46,734 nucleotides of DNA from Parvularia atlantis (Eukaryota): NCBI GenBank assembly GCA_943704415.1, contig CALSCO010000386.1, positions 1 to 46,734 on the forward strand, given 5' to 3'. The notes under the pieces are model-generated. The model had not been told where the DNA came from. It searched no databases and saw only the letters and a list, made by a program, of their open reading frames with translations. The translations under genes and the position numbers were made by a program. How positions within the stretch are numbered: position 1 is the stretch's first letter; every line of letters begins with the position of its first letter. This document shows, one piece after another, positions 1-21,599 of the stretch.

Positions 1-66
1 GTGCGCGTGCGCGACGGCGAGGTCGACTACGGCTGGGGCGCGGTGATCAACTACCAGAAGCGCTCG
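1..66 (+). CDS. Fragment resembling the KOW/arch domain of Mtr4/Ski2-family RNA helicase (partial; similarity ends abruptly)
   Basis: Frame +1 reads VRVRDGEVDYGWGAVINYQKR, close to my recollection of the Mtr4 KOW segment (VKVKNEGDDFGWGVVVNFSKK). The frame then becomes low-complexity and stops at 178-180. Confidence 0.55.
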
Positions 67-490
67 ACGCAGACGAACGCCACGGCCGACGACGCCGCTG
101 TCCACAGCCCGCCGATCCACGACGACGCGGCGGACACTGCCGCGGCCGCCACGTCCTCGACGCCCTGCTGCTGCTGCTGATCGTCGCCGTCGGCGTCGTC
201 GGCGCCCATCGGCACCGCCATCGACTCGGACGGTGGCGCGACGACCGCGGCCGCGCGCGGGGCCGTGCTGATGCCGAGCTCGCGGTCGAGCGCGTCGTCA
301 TCGTCGTCGTCATCGGCGTACGCGACGGTCGCGGCGGCGCCGGTGCCGCTGGGGTCAGCCGCGCCCACGATAGTCAGCGCGCATCGACATCCGCGCACAC
401 GAGCGCGCCCCAGACGCACCGGGCGGCCGCCGCCGTCGTCGTGGGCGCCGCGGGGGCGTCGAGGTCGTCCAGCTCGTCTGAGGTGAGCAT
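51..490 (-). CDS. Small acidic low-complexity protein of unknown function (3' end uncertain)
   Basis: ATG at 490 (MLTSDELDDLDAP...). A GT-AG intron at ~419-351 has a GTGCGT donor, CTGAC branch point and CAG acceptor, and joins in phase to ...DDDDDDALDRELG...SWIGGLWTAASSAVAF. Confidence 0.55.
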
Positions 491-519
491 ATCCCGCGTG
501 TGCTTCGGAGTACAATTCT

Positions 520-12074
<11,555 letters not shown>

Positions 12075-12134
12075 TCGCTTGTTGTTGTTGTTGCTCAGTA
12101 CGTAGTTACGGAACACACTCGGCGCACCAGGCGC

Positions 12135-12137
<3 letters not shown>

Positions 12138-12176
<39 letters not shown>
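12138..12176. repeat. (CT)n microsatellite between the convergent 3' ends of SMG1 and LRR-PP2C
   Basis: Direct reading; the repeat abuts the TGA of the minus-strand gene. Confidence 0.95.
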
Positions 12177-15100
12177 AGCGCAGCTGGAAGAAGTGCCCGA
12201 CGTCGAGCACGGCGACGGAGATGTCGTCAAAGCTGTCAAGCGCGTACGACCACCCGCGCAGGCGGTGTGCGGCGGCGGTGATCGAGTGCCCGCGGATCAC
12301 GTCCTGGCCCTCCTTCATGTCGGTCTGGCGCGGGCGGCGTCAGCGCACGTGCACGGCCTGGCACGCGACCGCAAACGCACGTCGATGTCCACGGAGCTGC
12401 CAGAGACGATCAGCGCGGCCTCGTGGTCGCCGAGCACGTCCCACACGCCGTCGCACGCCGCCACGACAAACATGTCCTGCTGCGGGCGATGTGAGCGCAG
12501 CGGCGGCGCATGTGCCGCAACGGCGATGCACCTGCGTGTCGAGCTTGCGCACGGAGATGGACGGGTCGACCGTCAGGGGCGGCGACAGCGGGAAGTCGCC
12601 AAATGCGCGCGACACGGCGAGGCCGTTGCTGACGTTGGGCGAGTGCAGGCGCGTGGCCGCGCCCTTGGCCGGCTCCTGCGTGATGAAGCCGCCCGCACGG
12701 GCGATGCGCGCTGTCTCCGTGCGAAGGCCCGGCTTGTGGTCGGTCGAAAGGCGGACGGCCTCGATCATGCGCGCGCGGCGCTCGATCGGGTCGTCGACCT
12801 CGTCAGCCTGGCGCACGTGTCAGCCAGAAGGCGTGCGCGCGCGCGGCGACCGCACCGTGTCCGTCTGGTCGCTCTTGTACGGCACGCGGCGCGCGAGCAC
12901 GGCGCGCGAGTCGCCCACGTTGGCGCAGTAGATGTGCGTCTGCGACACGAGCACGACTACGCCCGTGCAGCCCACAATCTGTCGCAGCGACAGACAGTCA
13001 GTGCTTTCCATGCACCAGGCAGCACCGCCCGCGACGCACGGTCTCGGGTCGCTTGGACGACTCGAGATGCGAGTGTAGTTTGTCGTTCAGGTTCGGGAAC
13101 GACGAGCGCAGGGCCGCAGTGATCGCGACAACCTGGGCGCGTGGCCGGACGTGTGAGCCGCAGCAGGCAGCGACGGCCGCGGCGGGATACCACCTCGTCG
13201 GCCGTGCCCTCGTTCTCCTGCAGCTGCGCCTCGAGCACTTCGTGGAAGTGCGACTGGCAGTACAGCGACGCGACCGAGCCGCCGTGCCCGTCAAAGACCG
13301 CGACGTAGTCGAGCCGCGCATTGTCGCGCCATGCTACCGACGTGATCACGACCGAGTCCTCCAGCTGATGCGGCGCGCTGCCGAGCATCTGCGAGAACGC
13401 GGCCGGGCGGCTGCAGCCCGGCGAGCGGCTCTTGATCAAGTTGGCGGCGCGCGTGACGGCGGGCACTCGGTCCGACTGGCGGTGCGGATGAGCGCGTTGG
13501 CGCAAGCAGCGGGCGGCAGCGGCGCGCACCTGCGGGATGTCTGTGTCGACCAAGAACAGCGGCAGCGGCGGCACGGGCACGCCTGGCCCGACCGGCAGGG
13601 TCCCGCACAGGTACAGGCGCTTGAGGTTGCCGACGGTGAGGTTGTTGGGCAGCCTGCACGCGCGACGTCAGCTTCACGCCGTGAGCGTAGAGGACGCACA
13701 GCGACGCCGCGTTTGCCTCGCCGACCTTGAGCGAGAGCGAGAGCATCGACAGCTCGGTCAGGTTCGTGATCTGTGTGCGCGCACGTGTCAGCATGGGGTG
13801 CATGCATGGAGCGGCGACAGGGCGTGCGCGTGCCTCGGTCGGGACGCTCACGAGCGGGTTGCTGTCGAGCACGAGGGTACGCAGCGTCTTGCAGATTAGC
13901 AGCGAGGGCGGGAACGTCTTGCGCACAAAACGAACAGTCAGCGGTCCGCGCCGCAAACGCGAATCAGGGGCGCGCACCGAGAAGTGGTTGTCGTTCAGGT
14001 ACAGCGCGGGCGGGACGCGGTCCGAGGGCGACCCTGTGAAGCACACCTGCAGGGGCCGAGCGCGCGATCAGTGCGTCTGCCGCGGCGCTGCCGGCCTGCG
14101 CGTGCCAGCGGCTCGAAGCTGCACAGGTCCGTCAGGCGGTTGCCAGCGACACGCAGAATGGCGAGCGCCGCGAGCTTGCCGATGTTGGCGGGGATCTCGG
14201 TCAGGTAGTTGGCGCACAGGTCCTGCGGTGTGGCACGCGTGGGCAGCTTGCACCGGGCGCGCGGGCCGACGCACCAGCTCGATCAGCGCCGCGCAATTCC
14301 AGATGGGCGCGAGGGCGGCGGCGGCGCGCAGGCGGTTGCGCCGGAAGATGATGCAGATGAGCTTCTTGTTGAGGTTGCCAAGCTCGATCGGGAGGGACGC
14401 TATTCTGCTCGCGTTGTTCGTGGAGGTCTCAGACGGCGAGGCGCACGGCATCCACATGCATGCGCGACGTGCCTGTTGCCGCCGGCGATGAGCAGGCGCA
14501 GCGCGGCGAGCTCGCCCACGGTCGCGGGCAGGGTGCGCAGCATGTTGTTGGACACGTCCAGGTGCTCCAGTACCGTCAGCTTGCCGATCTCGGCCGGCAG
14601 CTCCGTCAGCTGGTTGCGCTGCAGCTCCAGCCGCTCCAGAGCCTGTGCGCGCACGTGAGCGACGCTGCAGACGGTGCCAAGCAGCGGCCGCGCACCGTCA
14701 AGTGCTCGACTGTCGGCGGCAGCGCGGTCAGGCGGTTGTTGGACAGGAGGAGCGTGGTGAGGTGCGTCTGCTTGGGGCTGAATGGGGGCAGCGTGCGTAG
14801 CCGGTTCGTCTCGAGGTTGACGACGGTCAGGTTGGGCATGCTCACGAAAAACGACGCGGGCAGGCCCTGCAGCTGGTTGTCGCCCAGCTCGAGATGGGTG
14901 AGCGTCGCCGGCAGGGGCGACTCGAGCGCAAAGCCGTCGAGGTCGTTGCAGGTCAGGTCGAGGCGCTTGAGCGCCGGCACGTCCTCAGCCAGGCTGCTCT
15001 TGCTGAGAATCTGCTGCAGATTGTTGCCCTTGCGGTCGCGTTCAGACCGGGGCCTGCGACAGCCGCGCGCGGCGCTGGCGCACCTTGGCAAGCAGTGACT

Positions 15101-16276
15101 GCAGGTTGGGCATCTTGGCCAGGTTGAAGTCGTCGAGCGACGTGAGGCGGTTGTAGCTCGCCTTGAGCTCGAGCAGGTGCGCCGCGACGCCGCCGAGGTC
15201 GAAGCCCGTGGCGAGGAGGTTGAACGAGAGCACGAGCGTCTTGAGCTGCTCAAAACCCTGGAGTGCGTCGACGAGCCCGGACGACTCGGCCACCTGCACG
15301 AGTTCGCCCGCACTCGCGCGCTCGGACGAGGGCGGCGAGCCCGAGGGCGAGTCGTTGAGAATGAAGCTGAAGCGCTTGCCGTCGCTGCGGGGCGTGCTAG
15401 GCATGCTGCGCGGGAGCGTCGGCGGCTCGCTGGCCCGGCGCGGCTCGGGGCTGGACGGGTTCGAGCGGCGCGCCTCGGCGGTGCTGGCGGAGGCGCGGCG
15501 GGCCTCTGCGGCGGCGTCGATGGTGGTGTTGGCCGTGGTCTTGCGCTTGTTGGTGCGGCTCTTGGCCTGAGTGGCGGGGCTGCTGCCGCCGCTGGCGGTC
15601 ATGCTCTGCTCTGACCCGCCGAGCACGGGGCCGGCGTTGGCGAGCGAGGGCGGGATGCGCCGGCCGAGCTGGTTGCCGGTGAGGCTGCGCGGCGTCGATG
15701 ACAATGTCAGGCGAACATCGCGCCGATATCGATGCGACAAAGAAACGACGCACTCGAGCGTCTCGACCGTCGCGAACGGCAGCGGCGTGCGCGGGAAGCG
15801 CTCGATCTGGTTGAAGGAGAGGTCCATGTACTGAAGCGGCCGCGGCGTGCCGTTGACGGCGCGTCTTTTGTTGAGGGGGGTTGAGCAGGTGCCCGCACCG
15901 GCACGCCCCCTGCGTAAACACGCACACAGAGGCCTTGCCCGTGCTCGCGGCCGCGTCGGCGTCGAGGATCTGCTGCAGCGGGAACTCGCGCAGGCCCATG
16001 TTGTTGAGGTACAGCCGTCCCGACAGCTGCCGCGCGCGTCGCCTCGTGAGGCACGGCGCGGTGACGAAAGGTGGAAGCGCGCACCTTGGCCGATCCGAGG
16101 CTCTCGACCGAGATGCGCCGCTGGCGCGAGAGCACGACCGTCGCCACGTCGCCGCCGGGCACCGCCGCCTCGGCCGCCTCTCCACCACCGCCAGCCGCCG
16201 CGCCCACGGCCGTGCCCGCGCCCGCACCGGCCGCCTCGGCGGACGCCGCCGCCGCCTTCGACGACCCTGAGCCCAT
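12175..16276 (-). CDS. N-myristoylated leucine-rich-repeat PP2C phosphatase (PHLPP/Cyr1-like LRR-PP2C module)
   Basis: Starts MGSGSSK (myristoylation consensus MGxxxS). Many LxxLxLxxNxL repeats (e.g. LTHLELGDNQL, LEHLDVSNNML). PP2C motifs EDSVV, VFDGHGG, ANVGDSRAVL, DHKP, LAVSRAFGD, ACDGVWDV and SFDDISV, followed by a stop. Confidence 0.9.
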
Positions 16277-16289
16277 AGCACCGCTCTGT

Positions 16290-16305
16290 GCAACACAATG
16301 CCCTT
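16290..16305 (+). promoter_or_regulatory. Candidate promoter motif GCAAC(AC)AA(G)TGCCCYT
   Basis: Related copies lie in three divergent intergenic spacers: 16290-16305 (+), 21552-21566 (+), 37165-37179 (-). Confidence 0.4.
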
Positions 16306-16314
16306 CGATTAACT

Positions 16315-17127
16315 ATGTCACGTGAACCAAACAGCGGGAGTGTGACGACGGGACGCGGGGCCGGTGCGCGCTCGCGGGCGCTGCGCGTGCTCGAGGACCT
16401 GCTGGGTGCGGAGCGCGACGAGGGCGCGGCCGTGTCGGGGCGATCGGCGCGCGGGATGGGGTCGCCGCTGCGCGCGTACGCCGAGCACTACGACGCCAAC
16501 AAGCGCGCGCTCGCGGCGCGGCTGACGATGCTCATGCGGCTGCACCTCGTTGTGCTGCTGCTGTTTGACCGCCGGCTGCTCATGTTCCTGCTGCGCCTGG
16601 GGCTCGGCCAGGTGCGCGCGCGGCCTGAGGCATGAACGGTCGATGACACGTGCGCCGTCGCCCTACAAGGCGTTCGTGCTCACCGCGCCGATGCACGGGT
16701 GGTCGCCGCTGCGTCTGTACGCCGTGGCCGCGTGCAACTCACTCTTCATGCTCGCGCACGTCGTCTTCCCGTACGTGAGCGAGTCGTCGGCGCTCTTCCT
16801 CGACTTTGTCGGCACGGGTGCGGGTCCTGCCTCGTGCGCGCTGCCGCGATGGCCAACCGGCGCCGCGCAGCCACACCCAGCAGATGGCTGCTGTGCTACC
16901 TCGACCTCGTCGTGGGCGCGCTGCTCGCCGCGGCCGTCGTCCTACCGTACATGAAGCCCAACAGCGACGCAGACGCGGCGACGGCGCGCTACGACCTCAG
17001 CTTCCTGCACGACACGTTTTTCCCCGTGCACGCGGGGGGCGCGGGGCACGCGGACGCCGCCGCCACCACCGACGCCCTCGTAGCGCTGCTGCCGAGCCGC
17101 CAGCTCTCGTCGCGTTTCGCCGTATAG
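16315..17127 (+). CDS. DUF1746-family (Dsc4/Vld1/Gld1-like) multi-pass membrane protein
   Basis: Spliced product contains LFDRRLLMFLLR..Q, CNSLFMLAH, LFLDFVG and LLCYLDLVV, matching my recollection of the DUF1746 pattern. Two canonical introns. Confidence 0.6.
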
Positions 17128-17169
17128 GCGCCCGCTGTACGTCAGCAACTGTATAGATCATATATAGTT

Positions 17170-19329
17170 TTGTGCGCCGTTTCGCCGGCCCGGTCTTTCG
17201 CCACGGCGCCGACCGAAAGCAGCCCGCTCAGCGGCGCGCGCGGCGCGGCCGGCAGCAGCACGCTCGGCAGCAGCAGCAGTGGCGGCGGCAGTGGGGTGGG
17301 CGCGGCGGACGCGGCCGTGACGCCGCCGACTGCGCGGCGCGACGCGGGTCCCGAGCTGTCAACGTCGCCGGTCGACGGCGCCAACGAGCGCCACGCGCCG
17401 TCGTCGGCGTCGTCGTCAGCGTCGGTGGCGGCGGCGCACGACGCGAACGACGCGCACCTCTTTCCGCGCCCCGACGACGCCGGCTTCCGGTGCGCACGCC
17501 GCGTGCCGCCACGAAGGTGATTTCGTAACCGTTTGGCGGGACGGGCAGGTCGCGCGGCTTCGTGCGCAAGCGGCAGACGAGCGCGCCCGCGCCGGCCACA
17601 CCGGTCAAGCGCAACTGCACGCCGCGCGTGCTGCGCGTGGACGACGACGCCGTCGCGCTCAACTCGCCCTACGTCAACGTGATTAGCCCGCGCTCGGCCA
17701 CCGCCACGCATGCGCCCTCGCGCCTGTCGGGCTCGCCGCGCTCGAGCGAAAACTACTTCACGACCGCGTTCACGATCGTGCGCCACATCGGCAGCGGCTC
17801 GTTCGGCGACGTCTACCACGTCACCGACCGCGCTGGCGCGCCCTTCGCCGTCAAGTGTGCGCGCACGCCGTACAAGGGCGCAAAGGACCGGTGCGCGCTT
17901 CGCGCTGTGCGCAGGCGCGGGGCTGATCGCGGCGCCGCCACCATGCAGACAGCGCAGGCTGCAGGAGGTGCACAACCTCGAGCGGCTGGACGCGCACCCC
18001 AACTGCGTGCGCCTGGTCGAAGCATGGGAGCAGAAGGGCTTCCTGTTCATCCGCACGGAGCTGTGCGCCAACGGGAGGTGCGCCTGCCCCCTTGCGCATC
18101 CGGGCCGCCGCTCACCGGGCCGCGCTGGGCGCAGCCTCAAGCACCGCATGGAGATGATGCGCGCCGCCGGGCAGCTGTTTGAGCGCACCGAGCTGCTCAG
18201 CGTCCTGCTGGACGTGCTGCTGGTGCGGCCGCGCTCGCTTGCACCGTTGTGCGACTTACCCTCTCGCGGCCGCAGGGCCTTGAGCATATCCACGCGCACC
18301 GGCTCGCGCACCTCGACCTCAAGCCCGAGAACCTGCTCCTGGCCGACGGCGGCACGGTTAAGATCGCCGACTTTGGCATCTCGGCCGAGCGCTGGGAGGC
18401 GGCGCAGGACGGCGACATGGTCTACATGGCGCCTGAGCTGCTGCAGTCGCACTACTCGCCCGCGGCAGACCTGTTTAGGTGCGTGCGCGTCGCGCATGCG
18501 CTTGCAGACTGAGGCGCTGGCGCACGCAGCCTCGGCGTCATCCTGTTGGAGATGGCCACGCTCCACTACCCGCCGGACGAGGGCGAGGAGTGGACGGCGC
18601 TGCGGCGCGGCGACGCGTCCATCTGGCCCGGCTTTGAGCAGCTCCCGAGTGACCTGTGCAACCTGGCCAGCGGTGCGGTGCTTGGTATTCCTCACTTGTG
18701 CGCGTCTCACGCCGCGACAGACCTGCTGCGGCCCGACCCGTCCGTGCGGCCGGCCGTGTCCGACGTCCTCGCACGCCCGTGGCTGCGCGCACTGCGGGAC
18801 GAGCGCACGGCGCGCCAGGCGGACGAGAACAAGAGCGTGCTCGGGCTGGTGTCGTCGGTCGTGCACCGCGTGCGCCAGGCCCTGTCGAGCTCGCTCTCGT
18901 CGTCGCAGCCGTCGCAGTCGCTCTCGCAGGAGGTGCGGCGGCGGGGCCACCGCGCAGCCCGTGATGCTGACTCGCACATCATGCGGCGCAGCTCAGGGGC
19001 GCGCCGTACTTTTTCACCGCCTCTGACGACGGGCCGGACGACGCGAGTAGGTGCGCGGGCGTCACACTCGTTGGCGCCTCCACGTTTGACGCACGGGCCG
19101 CAGCCCCGGCGTCGACTACGACACACTGCAGCTCACGAGCTCGCCGTTCCGCGCAAAGCACACGGGCGACGTGCTCTTCGCAGCGGAGCTCGAAGGCACC
19201 GTGCCCGAGTCGGCGTCGTCGCCGCCGGTGCAGGTGCCGCGGATGGAGCGCGTGGACGGGCTCGAGCCCATTGACGACGACGACGACTCGGACGGCGAAC
19301 GCAGCGCGAACGGGGCCTACCTGTGGTGA
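17170..19329 (+). CDS. Wee1/Myt1-family CDK-inhibitory kinase (start codon unresolved)
   Basis: HIGSGSFGDVY, FAVK, HPNCVRLVEAWEQ, TELC, HLDLKPEN, KIADFG, DGDMVYMAPELL, ADLFSLG, GEEWTALRRG (Myt1-like). S/T-P-rich N-terminus containing PATPVK. Stop TGA at 19327-19329. Confidence 0.9.
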
Positions 19330-19528
19330 CCGTGCCTCTTTCTGCGCGCACATTCTGCACTTCAGAGATGAACAAGAACGGCACGGCAGCCTCACAGGGC
19401 AAACACGCGGGGTGAGCACGGGTGCGGGCAGCGGGAGGGGTCTCGGTTGGGCACAGACGAAGCGGACGCAAGCAGTGAGGCTGCCAGAGCACACCCACAC
19501 ACGCGCGCAGCGGCGAGAACGGACGGTG

Positions 19529-21500
19529 TCAGGCCAGGTGCGCGAGCGCGTCGATCAGCAGGTGCATATCGGTCTTGATCGAGCTGGCGAAGCGCAGCAG
19601 CTTGTCGCGCTTGTCGAGCACCTGTTGCGCACACACACACGCGCGGCTGAGCGAGCTTGCCATGCGTGACGCGGATGTACGCGCACCTCGATCGACTGCG
19701 TGTACGGGTTATACCGCACCGAGAACGGCCGGTTGAGCGACGCGGCAAACTCGCTGGCACGCGCACAGCCGCCGTCAGCACCTGCGCAGCGTGCGCGCAC
19801 ATCACGTGCGGGCGTGCACGCACCGGACTTTGTCCTTCATGTCCTTGAACGACTCGGCCACGAAGTACAGCGGCTGGTACGACGTGATCGGGTACTTGGT
19901 TGCGGCCACGACGCTCGGCTCGAACGGGCGCAGCTGCGGCTTGTCCGACAGGCAGTACTGCGTGCGCCGCCGTGAGCGCGTCGCATGCTTGCACCGCGGC
20001 CGGCGCACCTCGAGCTCGCCAAAGGACGAGAGCAGGCCGGCGCCGTACGCCTTGACCTTGCCGTCCTCCTTGCACAGGCCAAACTCGACCGTGAACCAAT
20101 AGATCTGGCGGGGCGCTCAGCCAAGCGGGCGTGCACGCACGGGCGACGCACCGTCGCGAGCTTGTCGATGTCGTCGTCGCTCGCGCCCAGCGATGCTAGG
20201 CCGATTTCCTGCGAGAACTCGGCAAAGTCCGGGTCGGCGAAGAGCGGCGCGTGACCGAGCAGCTCGTGGCACACGTCGCTACGCCACGCGACTCAGCAAC
20301 ACGCCGCGCAGGCACAGCCGCGGGGCGCGTACGGCTCGGGTGTGTACAGCGGTTTCGAGTGGTGGCGGATGTACTGCGTCGAGTGGAAGACGCGGAAGGC
20401 GAGGCCGTTGAGGAAGTCGCGCGAGGTCAGCAGGCCCATGACGGGGCGCAGCGTGAACCCGGTGATGTCTGCGCGCGGCGCGTGAGCCCAGGAGGACGGC
20501 GGCCGCGGCGCCGCACCGTGCAGGAAGCGCGACACGTCCTCCAGCTGCGGGATATTGTCCTTGCGGTAGCCGCAGTTCTGCACAAGCAGCGGGAAGATGT
20601 ACCCATGCTCGCGGCACGCGTGCGACGGGAACAGCGACGACAGCTTCTCAAACACGACGCCCCTGCCACGCACGGCGTCTATTGCGCGCTCTTTCGCCTC
20701 GCGCGCACGGGCACTGCACACACCACGTCTCGATCTCCTCCGGCAGGTACTGGATGCGTGGGAGGGGCATGCCGCTGCCGCACAAAAGGCGGGCGCGTCA
20801 ACACGCAGGCGGCAGCGCGGCGGTGGTGCGGCGCACGCACGTCTTGTACTGCTTCGCATTCTCGACAATCATCTTGCGGCGCTCGCGGTAGGCCTTGTCG
20901 GTGAAGCCCGGGTGGTCCGCGTCGAGGTCACCGCCGTACTCGAGCACCTTGGTTGCGAACTCGTCCAAGTCGGCCATCTTGCGCGGGAACCAGGGCGCTG
21001 CGGCGCGCGACACCACGTCATGTGCACGGCCACGGCCACGGCCACGCGCACCCTTCGTCGTGCTGCCGGCGCTGACCAGCTTCACATGCTTGACGGCCGG
21101 GGCGATGGCCTGGACGAGCGCGTCGGTGGCGGCGGCGGCGGCGTCAAAGTCGATGAAGAAGTCGTAGTCCCACAGCTCGTTGAGCGACGGGCGCGACTCG
21201 ATCCGCAGCAGGCTCACGCCCTGCGCCTTGATGAGCACGAGCACCCGGTCCAACGCCCCGACCTCGTCCTTGACCGAGAACATGAGCGTCGAGCGCGTCT
21301 GCTCGTCGCTGCGCGCCCGCGTGGGGATGCCCGTTTCGCGTGAGAACCGGGGCAAAAAGTCGCACACACGAGACGGAGCTAGCGCACCTCCGGTGGTGCG
21401 TGGGGCCGGCCGTGGGCGGGCGCTGCGCCGCGTCCGTGGCGGCGGTGGCGGCGGCAGCGGCGGCGGCGGCGTTGACGTCGGCGGCGGCGGCGGGGGCCAT
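19529..21500 (-). CDS. PAH: Phenylalanine 4-hydroxylase with N-terminal ACT domain
   Basis: ACT motif GAL...[103 protein letters not shown]. Confidence 0.95.
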
Positions 21501-21513
21501 TCGCTCCGAGAGC

Positions 21514-21515
<2 letters not shown>

Positions 21516-21544
<29 letters not shown>
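21516..21544. repeat. (GA)n microsatellite in the divergent PAH/FCHo intergenic region
   Basis: Direct reading. Confidence 0.95.
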
Positions 21545-21548
<4 letters not shown>

Positions 21549-21599
21549 TGAGCAACAAGTGCCCCTCGAGCAATACGGGTGTCACACTTCGCGGGCATA

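Noticed and set aside
12075..12300. LRR-PP2C as a fungal-type adenylyl cyclase
   Set aside because: A stop follows the PP2C domain directly and SMG1 ends 100 bp away, leaving no room for a cyclase domain.
17125..17127. Genome-wide reassignment of TAG to a sense codon
   Set aside because: TAG terminates Cyp40 (44800-44802) and SLC41 (33511-33513) at their expected C-termini, and I noticed no in-frame TAG inside conserved exons.
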